A stretch of DNA of 64,000 bases from Amphiscolops sp. MND2022 (lineage: Eukaryota). Made by a program: the position numbers and the translations under genes. The stretch is from assembly GCA_964187785.1 (NCBI GenBank), contig OZ076416.1, positions 25,792,001-25,856,000 on the forward strand, read 5' to 3'. Shown here piece after piece: positions 35,301 to 48,042 of the stretch. The notes below the pieces were generated by a model that searched no databases, was not told where the DNA came from, and worked only from the letters and a program-made list of their open reading frames with translations. The first letter of the stretch is position 1. Every line of letters begins with the position of its first letter.

Positions 35301-38300
35301 TTTGGTTACTGTCGAAAAGTCTCACCATCCCAGCCGTAGGTGAGCAGAACCTGGACAGCTCTTGAGCTTTTATCCCAAATTAAAGGTGCGGCGAGGCACA
35401 AGAAGGAGAGGAACCTGCAACCAACCGCCCCAAGCATCATCGCCAGGTTGTACCTCTCCTGTTTCTATCATTTTCAACTTGATTGAACTTGAATTTTTAC
35501 CTAAGTCCTTTTTGTTTTAGATTTTTGATTTTTTTTAAATTTTTTATAAAAGAATTTAAATTTTTTTTAATTGTGGAAAAAAAATTTTCATGAATTTTTA
35601 ACCTTGAAGTTCTTTCAAATGCGCTTCGGATACTGCTTCAATCTTGTTTTAGCATCATGTGCCGATTTGAACCAAGAAGACTAAACCCAAGAACGACAAA
35701 TTTGGTTATCGGAACCTCTCGAACTAAATACATCAAAGCCAACGAAGTTGGTGCTGCAATACACTCCTACAGAGGCGCGAACCTGAGTGAATTGAGCCAT
35801 GTTATCGAAAGTTACCCGCATCAGCAATTGAGTACTGTTATTGTTGTAGCTGGCTTCAACGACCATCGAAAATCCCCGGCCACTTTTGTAGAAAATTGGA
35901 AATACATTATTCAGCTGATCTACTGGAAATTCAACCCCTCAACGGTCATAATCCAAAAGACTATTGCAACTGCTAACGATTCAATCACCAACCGACGTAT
36001 CTATTGGCTGAACTTCGCTCTACATAAGCTCCTAGGCTCACTGAATCTACCCATTGTGTCACCAAATTTTAATCGTGATTTTGACACCAAGATATTCTGC
36101 CGTGACGGAGTTCACTTTTCCTTCTTCCTCAGCATTATCTTCGATGAAGTTGCCGAAAAATCGCGAAACTCGAATGTAGCACTTTACTTCGCGATGGTAA
36201 TGCCCCATCTAGTTCTGGCCCGTACGAAAGAGAAACGTGAAACATCCATCGGAAAAACCATTCAAAGACGAATGGAAGCATGGCTTAGCTGCGAATTCGA
36301 GGCGCTCTTCAACGAAGCAAAGGCACTGCAGCTACGTATACCAAAAGTGCGGAAAACCCAGAACCGCGATGAAATGAAAAGTTTTGACATCCAAATGTCA
36401 TCAGGGAAAATCTCAAATGCATTGCGGTGTCTGGATGAGTCTCAGAAAGGCAACGTCCTCTCGCTGCAAGAAAGAGTGGGAAACAAAACCGTAATGCAAA
36501 TCCTTCAGGAGAAACACCCGAAACCGATGACATCAAAAGACAGCTACGTCACTAACGAAAATGACCACACCATCGAACACCATCACAGTATTTTCGACAA
36601 AATCAACGCCTCGACAGTCCGAAAAACAGCCATGGTAACGCAAGGTAGCCACGGACCATCCGGCGTCGACGCCAACGACTGGCGCAGGTAGCTTTCACAG
36701 TTCGGTCAAGCATCCACGAACCTCTGCAAGGCTCTTGCGGCATTTGCCCGGAGGCTCGCAACAAAACAAATGCATGATCTAACTCCCTACAACGCATGCC
36801 GTCTCATACCGGTTGACAAAAACCCAGGTGTCAGACCAATCGGAGTGGGCGAAGTCATCAGACGCATAATTGGGAGGAACATTCTTCGATGCATCGGGAA
36901 CGATCTCAAGATCTTGGGCCAGAATAGGCAACTCTGCCTTGGTCAAAAATGTGGCATCGAACACGCCATTCACAGTCTACGTGAGACGTTCGAGCTGCCA
37001 GAGACAGAAGGGCTTCTCCTGATTGACGCCAAAAACGCGCTCAATAGTCTAAATAGGGATCTGGCCCTGAAAAACATTCAGAAAACCTGTCCATCCATCA
37101 TAACAGCCCTCCGAAACTCATATGGTACACCTTCAAACCTTTACGTGAATGGGAAAACTCTCTTGTCGCAAGAAGGAACTACTCAAGGCGACCCTTTGGC
37201 TATGTCCATGTATGGCATTGCGCTTCTACCGTTAATGGACCTCGTGAACGAAGAAGGAGTGCTACAAAAATGGTATGCTGACGATGGCAATGTAGCCGGT
37301 AGCATCGAATCGCTTCGAAATCTCTTCGAAAAACTGAAGCTCCACGGTCCCGCATTTGGATACAACATCACTAAATGCCATCTCATCACGAAAAATTCCT
37401 CCCTTGACAAAGCAAAAGACCTCTTTAAAGACGAGGATGTTGAACTAGTGGTAGGACACCGTGTTCTGGGTTCCGTTATTGGATCGCCCGAAGCCTGTCA
37501 CGCTTTCCAGTCCTCCAAACTCACTGAGTACACGAACATTGTAAACAAACTTGCGTCACATGCGAAAAAGTCACCACAGAATGTCTATCATGCATTTACA
37601 AAAGGTGTTCAACACAAACTCACCTTCCTGTCAAGAACAACACCTGACATGGAAAACACACTGCAAAACACCGAATCTCTTAACGACGAAACTGATCCCT
37701 AACATCACCGGCCGTGGTGAGTTATCTATAGCAGAACGTTCTCTTTTCTCCCTACCGCTCAGCAAAGGTGGGCTGAATATCCTTTCACCCGAAGACAGAA
37801 GAAACGATCTGCAGTGGTCAAAGGATGTTACTTCTCATCTAGATGAAGAGGATCTAACCACCGCTGAAGCGAAGCAACACTCAACAGTAAACATGATAAA
37901 GAAACAGAAGCAAGAAATTCAAAAAACTAAGCTTGAAGAAGTCAAATGCAACTTGAATGACGAACAACGACACGCAGTTACACTTGTTTCGGAAAAACGA
38001 GCATCGAGCTGGCTAGCCGCCCTCCCACTGAAACGCCATGGTTTCACTCTTACGAAGTCTGAATTTCGGGACGGTCTCGCGCTGCGCTACGGTTGGGAGC
38101 CAAAGAATTTACCTGCCAAATGCCCATGTGGTGAACCCTTCACTGTTGCCCATTCCCTACACTGCGGAAAAGGAGGCTACACTCACTTGAGACATGACGA
38201 AATACGCGATACGTTCGCAAAGATAATGAAAGACGTTTGCTTCGACGTTGAGGTGGAGCCGAAACTTCAGAGGTTAGAAGGGGAATCCTTCGAATATAAA

Positions 38301-41300
38301 TCAACTTGCACTGAAGATGAAGCTCGTCTCGATATCAGAGCAAATGGACTATTTCAATGCTATGAACTCCAAGGATCTCGAACTGTTTCCTGAAACTGTG
38401 TATAGCATGTTCGATTTCGCATTTCTGACCGAGATAAGTTGTTGATTTTTGTTCAAGAGCTTCACAGCGCAGTATGCATTTTCCTATGATCCGCCTGGGA
38501 ACTTCTCCAACCGCAAATAGCCGCAACCCTGGGATCTTGTCAAGGGGTATCAAACGACAGGTATTGTACAGCCTCAGTATTTCACTATCAATTTCTTCAA
38601 GAGCGATCCTCACAAATACGAAAAATGTAATTGCTTTGATTCCGGTAAAAGATACAGTTCTTAGTAAAGAAAAAACATAGAAAGCGATCCGACAAATACC
38701 CTCTCGATGACGTTCCTAGGATACTTCGAGAACCTATTACTAGAATAGTCCGGGCTTCAACAACTAAGTTAGGAACCAACACTATAAGCATTCTCTGTCT
38801 TCTTCTCTTTCATTATCCAATTTCAATTAGCCTAATTGTTGTGATAAACTTATTAAATAGGCTTCTCCCTTTCTTTTTCACAAACTTGATCTGTTTCATA
38901 TCCTTATGCGCGCTGGGCCTGAACAAACTTTGGTTACTGTCGAAAAGTCTCACCATCCCAGCCGTAGGTGAGCAGAACCTGGACAGCTCTTGAGCTTTTA
39001 TCCCAAATTAAAGGTACGGCGAGGCACAAGAAGGAGAGGAACCTGCAACCAACCGCCCCAAGCATCATCGCCAGGTTGTACCTCTCCTGTTTCTATCATT
39101 TTCAACTTGATTGAACTTGAATTTTCGACCATCGAAAATCCCCGGCCACTTTTGTAGAAAATTGGAAATACATTATTCAGCTGATCTACTGGAAATTCAA
39201 CCCCTCAACGGTCATAATCCCAAAGACTATTGCAACTGCTAACGATTCAATCACCAACCGACGTATCTATTGGCTGAACTTCGCTCTACATAAGCTCCTA
39301 GGCTCACTGAATCTACCCATTGTGTCACCAAATTTTAATCGTGATTTTGACACCAAGATATTCTGCCGTGACGGAGTTCACTTTTCCTTCTTCCTCAGCA
39401 TTATCTTCGATGAAGTTGCCGAAAAATCGCGAAACTCGAATGTAGCACTTTACTTCGCGATGGTAATGCCCCATCTAGTTCTGGCCCGTACGAAAGAGAA
39501 ACGTGAAACATCCATCGGAAAAACCATTCAAAGACGAATGGAAGCATGGCTTAGCTGCGAATTCGAGGCGCTCTTCAACGAAGCAAAGGCACTGCAGCTA
39601 CGTATACCAAAAGTGCGGAAAACCCAGAACCGCGATGAAATGAAAAGTTTTGACATCCAAATGTCATCAGGGAAAATCTCAAATGCATTGCGGTGTCTGG
39701 ATGAGTCTCAGAAAGGCAACGTCCTCTCGCTGCAAGAAAGAGTGGGAAACAAAACCGTAATGCAAATCCTTCAGGAGAAACACCCGAAACCGATGACATC
39801 AAAAGACAGCTACGTCACTAACGAAAATGACCACACCCTCGAACACCATCACAGTATTTTCGACAAAATCAACGCCTCGACAGTCCGAAAAACAGCCATG
39901 GTAACGCAAGGTAGCCACGGACCATCCGGCGTCGACGCCAACGACTGGCGCAGGTAGCTTTCACATTTCGGTCAAGCATCCACGAACCTCTGCAAGGCTC
40001 TTGCGGCATTTGCCCGGAGGCTCGCAACAAAACAAATGCATGATCTAACTCCCTACAACGCATGCCGTCTCATACCGGTTGACAAAAACCCAGGTGTCAG
40101 ACCAATCGGAGTGGGCGAAGTCATCAGACGCATAATTGGGAGGAACATTCTTCGATGCATCGGGAACGATCTCAAGATCTTGGGCCAGAATAGGCAACTC
40201 TGCCTTGGTCAAAAATGTGGCATCGAACACGCCATTCACAGTCTACGTGAGACGTTCGAGCTGCCAGAGACAGAAGGGCTTCTCCTGATTGACGCCAAAA
40301 ACGCGTTCAATAGTCTAAATAGGGATCTGGCCCTGAAAAACATTCAGAAAACCTGTCCATCCATCATAACAGCCCTCCGAAACTCATATGGTACACCTTC
40401 AAACCTTTACGTGAATGGGAAAACTCTCTTGTCGCAAGAAGGAACTACTCAAGGCGACCCTTTGGCTATGTCCATGTATGGCATTGCGCTTCTACCGTTA
40501 ATGGACCTCGTGAACGAAGGAGTGCTACAAAAATGGTATGCTGACGATGGCAATGTAGCCGGTAGCATCGAATCGCTTCGAAATCTCTTCGAAAAACTGA
40601 AGCTCCACGGTCCCGCATTTGGATACAACATCACTAAATGTCATCTCATCACGAAAAATTCCTCCCTTGACAAAGCAAAAGACCTCTTTAAAGACGAGGA
40701 TGTTGAACTAGTGGTAGGACACCGTGTTCTGGGTTCCGTTATTGGATCGCCCGAAGCCTGTCGCGCTTTCCAGTCCTCCAAACTCACTGAGTACACGAAC
40801 ATTGTAAACAAACTTGCGTCACATGCGAAAAAGTCACCACAGAATGTCTATCATGCATTTACAAAAGGTGTTCAACACAAACTCACCTTCCTGTCAAGAA
40901 CAACACCTGACATGGAAAACACGCTGCAAAACACCGAATCTCTTAACGACGAAACTGATCCCTAACATCACCGGCCGTGGTGAGTTATCTATAGCAGAAC
41001 GTTCTCTTTTCTCCCTACCGCTCAGCAAAGGTGGGCCGAATATCCTTTCACCCGAAGACAGAAGAAACGATCTGCAGTGGTCAAAGGATGTTACTTCTCA
41101 TCTAGATGAAGAGGATCTAACCACTGCTGAAGCGAAGCAACACTCAACAGTAAACATGATAAAGAAACAGAAGCAAGAAATTCAAAAAACTAAGCTTGAA
41201 GAAGTCAAATGCAACTTGAATGACGAACAACGACACGCAGTTACACGTGTTTCGGAAAAACGAGCATCCAGCTGGCTAGCCGCCCTCCCACTGAAACGCC

Positions 41301-41611
41301 ATGGTTTCACTCTTACGAAGTCTGAACTTCGGGACGGTCTCGCGCTGCGCTACGGTTGGGAGCCAAAGAATTTACCTGCCAAATGCCCATGTGGTGAACC
41401 CTTCACTGTTGCCCATTCCCTACACTGCGGAAAAGGAGGCTACACTCACTTGAGACATGACGAAATACGCGATACGTTCGCAAAGATAATGAAAGACGTT
41501 TGCTTCGACGTTGAGGTGGAGCCGAAACTTCAGAGGTTAGAAGGGGAATCCTTCGAATATAAATCAACTTGCACTGAAGATGAAGCTCGTCTCGATATCA
41601 GAGCAAATGGA
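34721..41611. repeat. Tandem duplication: 3,628-bp unit (34721-38348) plus 3,263-bp unit (38349-41611)
   Basis: Junction GGACT|ATTTC with CT microhomology. The length difference equals a 362-bp plus a 3-bp deletion in unit 2. Confidence 0.92.
35657..38348 (+). mobile_element. CRE-like non-LTR retrotransposon copy 1 with N-terminal SGNH esterase; inactivated and 3'-truncated by the duplication junction
   Basis: Esterase blocks VIGTS, SYRGA, AGFND, DGVH. RT motifs RPIGVGEVIRRII, GTTQGDPLAM, WYADD. CPCG...H...C knuckle and RHDEIRD. In-frame TAG at 36689 and frameshift at ~37683. Confidence 0.9.
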
Positions 41612-42023
41612 CTCTGGGATTCACGATTCTCGAGAACGTTTTTTGACGTCAAAATTTTTAACCCGCTGGCCAAGTCCTGTCCGAAAGAAGTAAAGGAAGC
41701 GTATAAATATCATGAAACTTTGAAAAAACTGAAGTACGAACAGAGAATCCTTGATTTTGGAAAACAGCTCATTCAATCCTCTTGTCTTCGCGTGTTCAGG
41801 AGGCGCAGGTCCTTCAGCCTCGAAAGTTATGTCCCGATTTGCTCTGAAGATCAGCGAAAAAGGACAAGACAGCTACTCGGACGCCATAGGATACATCAGG
41901 ACGCAAATTAGCTTCGCTTTGTTACGCAGTTCCGTGCTATGCCTCAGAGGATCTCGATCTATTCGCCGTCAAACTGAGGAATCATCTATCTCTGCAATGG
42001 TTGAAGAGGGAAGGTTGTCGTGA
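39126..42023 (+). mobile_element. CRE-like element copy 2 with complete 3' end (REL endonuclease)
   Basis: Same lesions as copy 1 plus a frameshift at ~41757. REL motifs RLDI...FDVKIFNP and KKLKY. ORF ends EEGRLS*. Esterase blocks I-III removed by a 362-bp deletion. Confidence 0.9.
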
Positions 42024-42735
42024 CTTACCTCGACGATCCTAATTTGGTGATTCCTGCGATATATTTACCGCCGATGTTTTTTAAAATTATGATACGATGC
42101 CCTAATTTATAAATCTCTCCTCCACTTGATGTTCTTGGTGCTTGTTTCATTCAGGGGACCGTTTTTGACACTGTATGGAGGCTCTGCAGCTTGCAGCGAT
42201 CTGGCACCTTGCCTATCTTTTTCTGACTGCCCATGCTTCAACTCGGGCTAATTCTATTTCGTAAAGACCCTTTTAAAATGGTTCCAGTTATAAGCATTCT
42301 CTGTTGGAAAAACTACAAAACTGGCATGGAGCAATTCAACGTGGCACAAAAAGTGAAAAGTTTTCGTCATTTTCGAGATAAACGAAACTGAGACAAAAGT
42401 AAAAACTACTTCAATGCAAGCAGGAGAGCAGCATTAAAAGTACGATTAATCTCAATAACTCGGCGTACGAAAGCATAATTACGAACATTCTCTCGCCCCA
42501 TCTCAATGAATTCGGCGAACGAATGCATAATACCACTCGTTCGTTTCATCGCACGAGAAACGAATTGTTGTAGGCAGCTTAAGAAATTTAAATCTCACGC
42601 TTATACTCACTGCCGAACAAAATATCTGAATTTTTCAGTTGGTACTCGGATCGCTAACAAAAGTCGGGCTAAAAAAAGTTGCATAATTCAGATTTCTATA
42701 TATTCCGGCTATCGCAGAAATAATTTAAAAAAATA

Positions 42736-42907
42736 CAGTCAACTCCGGCTAATTCGTATCCGGATAATTCGGATCTTCGTTTAATTCGTACGTGTCTGAG
42801 ACCCATTTCGCGAAGACCAAAGAAATATCATCCGGATAATTCGTATTTCTCCTTATCCGTGCTATTTTATTCGGTCCCCAGCGATACGAATTAGGCGGAT
42901 TCAACTG
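42736..42907. mobile_element. pogo/Tigger-like MITE (172 bp, TA TSD); duplicate at 48755-48926
   Basis: TA|CAGTCAACTCCGGCTAATTCGTAT ... ATACGAATTAGGCGGATTCAACTG|TA, 20 of 24 TIR match. Confidence 0.82.
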
Positions 42908-43257
42908 TAGTAATATTTCTGCTTTAGGCTACAAAAACCATCAATCTCAAAGTTCAATGATATAAACATATCTGAAACAACTATACGCTGCTGATAATTC
43001 ATTAATTAATCACTACCCGGTTATACTTGTTTTGATGCTTCTTGGACTATAATCGTTAAGACTCGTTCGCATCATCTCAGTAAAATGGCTACCTCACTGC
43101 TACCAGAATTGGCGACGTAAAAGGGACAATCGAAGTCTGGTATGTTTCTTGAATTGCGTGAAAATCTCACAGCACCAAAAAATATTGAAAAAGGGAACTT
43201 TTTCCAAATAAGAATTTTTTAAAAACCAAAGGGATATACATCAAATTTGGTACTTAC

Positions 43258-44121
43258 TGCTTCGAGATAATCGGCAGGGATTTTCGATTTATCACAAACT
43301 GCAGGCTGGCTGACAAAAAATGTATCTTGTGCATCCCTAGCAGGATGTTGTTGTGGCTGGAAAAGGGCGTCAAAGTTCCAGAAAGAACTTTCAACGAAGT
43401 TGTTGGTAGGCATTTCCGTGAACCCCATCTCAAGAAATATATTTCTGAATTCACTGCGAACTTTCATTAGTGGATGGAGATGACCAGAATCAGGTATTAC
43501 TCCTTTAGCTGCAAAATTGTACTTCTTGAAAGTTTCATCTTTCCATGTTCCACTTGCAAGCATGTCAGACGTTAGGTCAGTGGCCAATTTTTTCGTTTCA
43601 AGAGAAAAATTTTCACCTTTCTCCACACGATAAAACTTCTCAAGTCGTTTCTCTACAAGCTTTCTTTTCTTGTAATCGTCGAGGGTTTTCGGAGGTACAA
43701 GGTCACCAATACTTAGTTTTTCAAGATTCAGTCGGACATCGTCTATAATCGAATCTGTGATTTTCAAAACTTTACCACTTGATTTGTCTAATTTCAGCCA
43801 CTTTTTTGAAGAAGCTTTTCCGAAAGCGACTGCAAAATCTGGGAATGATGACTTAACTTCCTCCAAAGTAGCACCATCTGCTGGTAAATGCGCAAATAGC
43901 TGGGCTTCTAGACTACCGTTTTGTAAGCATTTGTTACCTTCTGCAGTTAGTATCCACTTTTCCTCACTTTTTTCAGAGCACACTATCAAGTCACCAGCAG
44001 ACTGTAAACTTTTCAAAGAACCGACAACCTCTTGATGATCAACTAGAAAGGACTTAGCCAACTGTCTAGAGTCATCGATCACATGATCTTTCTCCAATTT
44101 TTCCAAGATTGCTTTATCCAT
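43258..44121 (-). CDS. FARSA: FARSA 5' exon, proximal duplicate
   Basis: GHLHPLMKVRSEFRNIFLEMGFTEM, WNFDALFQPQQHPARDAQDTFF. Donor GCA|GTAAGT (phase 0) fits the terminal exon. A 2-bp deletion lies just upstream of this ATG. Confidence 0.9.
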
Positions 44122-45228
44122 AACAAACTGAAACCAATTTCATGAGTGAATATCATTGTCTCATTTTATCATACAGATGCATTGAAACATTTTAAAACCT
44201 CTCTCAGATGACATAGATCGTCGTTAATAATGTGGTGCCATGTAAGTCATCATGTAGGGGAGGATGGCACACACATCGTGGTCTGCAAACAAAAGGGAAC
44301 GAAATAAACAACAAAGCGCTACTACCACTAGATCATAACCAAGTCGACGAAGATTCACAACCCACGTTGAATAGTCGAGTTGCAAAGATGAGAGTCAGTC
44401 CCAATGAACAGTACTATATTATAAACTTCAATCGCATCTCTAGCTCTCACTGTTTCTAGGATACCCCGAAAATGACCTTGTGTCAAAATGCCGGTTTTTG
44501 GCATTTTGACTTTCAAACGCGATATCTTGCATATGCAGTGTATATACACTCGCCCTCTCCGCAACAATCGTTTCGAGATCTCCGATGCCGCTAGGTCTTT
44601 GCTCCTGTTCGACTAACAACGTGAATAACGTCTAAAAGTCCACCGGGAAAGACGTCTCAAGCAATAAACTAAAAAGATTACCGTCTGAAAATTCGTATAA
44701 AAAATGGAACAAAAGAAGGAACGTCTTAAAAGTGAAACATCTAAAATCGAGAAAAGGTCCAAAATCAACAAAAACGTCCAAATATCAGAAAATCATAAAA
44801 TTAGGACTTCGAAACGAGAACTACGTCCAAAACTGGGGAAAAACTGCAGCCAATTAGAATCACAAACAAAAAGTTGGGAACAAAAAGATCAGGAACAAAA
44901 AGTTATTTAAAGGGTTACAAGTCAGTTGGCCTTAAGTGCAATTGGCTTGATTTTTTTCCTCGAGTCATTTGGATTGAAATTTTTCAGCCAAAGAACCACA
45001 AAGTGGAGCCAAGTCCATTCTAACTCAAGCAATGACTAAATACAACTAAGTCCTAATTGTTGTGATGAACTTATCAAATAGTTTGTGTTGACTCTCGTCC
45101 CGGAGCAACCCGTTTACTTCGATTGGCCTAGATGTAGGTATTAGGTTTTCAGGGTAAGTTTCGTTCGCCTCCAGAGTTATAGTGTTAGACGTTTGACCAG
45201 ACAGAGAGTCTATTTTTGGGGTGGGCGG

Positions 45229-45556
45229 AAATAGGTCGAAGGAACGGGATCGAAAATCAGAGTTAGTCCTCAGGTCGACATACCAATTTTTGAATGGGAT
45301 CGAAACAACTCGGGTCGAAATTTTTATAACGTAGTCAGATATGTTCACATACCCCTAGTGCCCTGAATGCAGGAGCAAAGCGAAGCGGAGCAACTTGCCA
45401 TATGGCCATGCCTCAATGTTGCTACTTGGCGAAGGGAGCGAAGCGACCGAGCCATACAACAAATACGATAAAATTCGACCGCATTCCATTCGATCCCTGC
45501 AATTCGATCAAAAGGTTCGACCTCTGTCCTTTCGACCAGGAAAATTCGACCTATTT
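45229..45556. mobile_element. MITE with GGTCGA/TCGACC-rich inverted arms around the shared core; duplicate at ~51250-51577
   Basis: AAATAGGTCGAA / TTCGACCTATTT perfect 12-bp inverted repeat, with several internal (G)GTCGA/GATCGA motifs mirrored on the right. Confidence 0.65.
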
Positions 45557-46824
45557 ACAGCCATCCATATTTTTGAAAACAGATTTTCGATCATTTTAAG
45601 GATTTCTCTGTCCCATTTAAGTGTCTTTCATCCTTCTATAAACAGATTTCTCGATTTTCTCAGATAGTTCGGAGAGCTACGTGGAATCAGGTTTAATTAG
45701 ATAGATCTAAGAGAGGGGGCTAAACTGGGATCTAAATAAATTGATATAATTAGTCAGGTCTAAAAATTGCTTCTAATTTGATCTGATTTGAGAAAAAATC
45801 AGTCAATTAGGATCTGAAACTAAAAAGTGATACAAAGTATAAAACGTGCCCCGGATATGTCCCCATTTCCTCTAGTGCCCCGCGGCCCCTTGGGGCCGCT
45901 TATATTCCCATCTTGCTAAGCGAGGTCGAACAGGAGCAAAGACCTAGCGGAAACGGAGATCGCGAAGTGATCGTAGTGGGAGCTGGTCTTTGCGACGGTG
46001 AGGACGAGCGTGCATACATCGCATATGCCCCACCTTATATTTTCGCTTTCAGAACACATAATAGATCATGAAGGGGTTAGACCTAAGTATTTTAGATCAA
46101 ATTAGATCTGAACGTTAGACCTAACAGTTAGATCTAATTCCATTAGACCCGCGGCAATTAGATCAAAGGCCTGCACTCCAGTTCGGAGAAATCTTTATCA
46201 GAGATACTAGGAACATTCTCCGTTCTCATACTTGGGGCTTCAGGTTCGTCTATGGAACTAGTGGGTGAATCCCGCCTTGCTCTCATTTTAGACGATCTTT
46301 CAGGCATTTTGAGTTCGGAATTTCAGAATAGTAAAGAAGAACAGCGCAAAGGACCTGCTAACTAGCACAGAAATTGGAGTTTTCAAAGTTTAATCATTAG
46401 AACGAAAGACAAAAGATTCGCAAAAAAATAATTATCAACTGAAAATCACTTCCAATTTCCATCATCTTTTGACTTTTCCGCTCGCAAAAGCGTGAGAAAA
46501 TATGTGCACTTTTCACGCCTTGTTCAGCCCGGCGTTCATCCGAGGCAGGGAAACTGGAAGCTTAGTTAGGCTTTGCCGAAATCAGACATTCAGCTTGTTC
46601 ATGCTTCTCGAAGGAAACACGCATCCACTTCCCGTCTGTGTTGCGACTCCGCTTCCCTTCACTCCCAATTCCCGCTATTTCAAGACGCCGCAGCTGAACT
46701 TGGCAATGAAATTGAGGATGATTCATCAATTTACTGCTGAATGAAAAATTCAAATCGGAAAATGACACGCAATATTTGCAAAATGTTTCTCGAATTAATT
46801 AAACAACATTAAAGATGCTTCACG

Positions 46825-48042
46825 AAACAAACTTGCGTCACATGCGAAAAAGTCACCACAGAATGTCTATCATGCATTTACAAAAGGTGTTCAACACAAA
46901 CTCACCTTCCTGTCAAGAACAACACCTGACATGGAAAACACGCTGCAAAACACCGAATCTCTTAACGACGAAACTGATCCCTAACATCACCGGCCGTGGT
47001 GAGTTATCTATAGCAGAACGTTCTCTTTTCTCCCTACCGCTCAGCAAAGGTGGGCCGAATATCCTTTCACCCGAAGACAGAAGAAACGATCTGCAGTGGT
47101 CAAAGGATGTTACTTCTCATCTAGATGAAGAGGATCTAACCACTGCTGAAGCGAAGCAACACTCAACAGTAAACATGATAAAGAAACAGAAGCAAGAAAT
47201 TCAAAAAACTAAGCTTGAAGAAGTCAAATGCAACTTGAATGACGAACAACGACACGCAGTTACACGTGTTTCGGAAAAACGAGCATCCAGCTGGCTAGCC
47301 GCCCTCCCACTGAAACGCCATGGTTTCACTCTTACGAAGTCTGAACTTCGGGACGGTCTCGCGCTGCGCTACGGTTGGGAGCCAAAGAATTTACCTGCCA
47401 AATGCCCATGTGGTGAACCCTTCACTGTTGCCCATTCCCTACACTGCGGAAAAGGAGGCTACACTCACTTGAGACATGACGAAATACGCGATACGTTCGC
47501 AAAGATAATGAAAGACGTTTGCTTCGACGTTGAGGTGGAGCCGAAACTTCAGAGGTTAGAAGGGGAATCCTTCGAATATAAATCAACTTGCACTGAAGAT
47601 GAAGCTCGTCTCGATATCAGAGCAAATGGACTCTGGGATTCACGATTCTCGAGAACGTTTTTTGACGTCAAAATTTTTAACCCGCTGGCCAAGTCCTGTC
47701 CGAAAGAAGTAAAGGAAGCGTATAAATATCATGAAACTTTGAAAAAACTGAAGTACGAACAGAGAATCCTTGATTTTGGAAAACAGCTCATTCAATCCTC
47801 TTGTCTTCGCGTGTTCAGGAGGCGCAGGTCCTTCAGCCTCGAAAGTTATGTCCCGATTTGCTCTGAAGATCAGCGAAAAAGGACACGACAGCTACTCGGA
47901 CGCCATAGGATACATCAGGACGCAAATTAGCTTCGCTTTGTTACGCAGTTCCGTGCTATGCCTCAGAGGATCTCGATCTATTCGCCGTCAAACTGAGGAA
48001 TCATCTATCTCTGCAATGGTTGAAGAGGGAAGGTTGTCGTGA
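46825..48042 (+). mobile_element. CRE-like element copy 3 (3' part only, created by the 6-kb duplication)
   Basis: Near-identical to 40806-42023, with one substitution seen (~47889). Confidence 0.9.

Noticed and set aside
44704-44910. Lys-rich 68-aa ORF (and its duplicate at 50725)
   Set aside because: Product of A-rich strand skew in a non-coding repeat interior.
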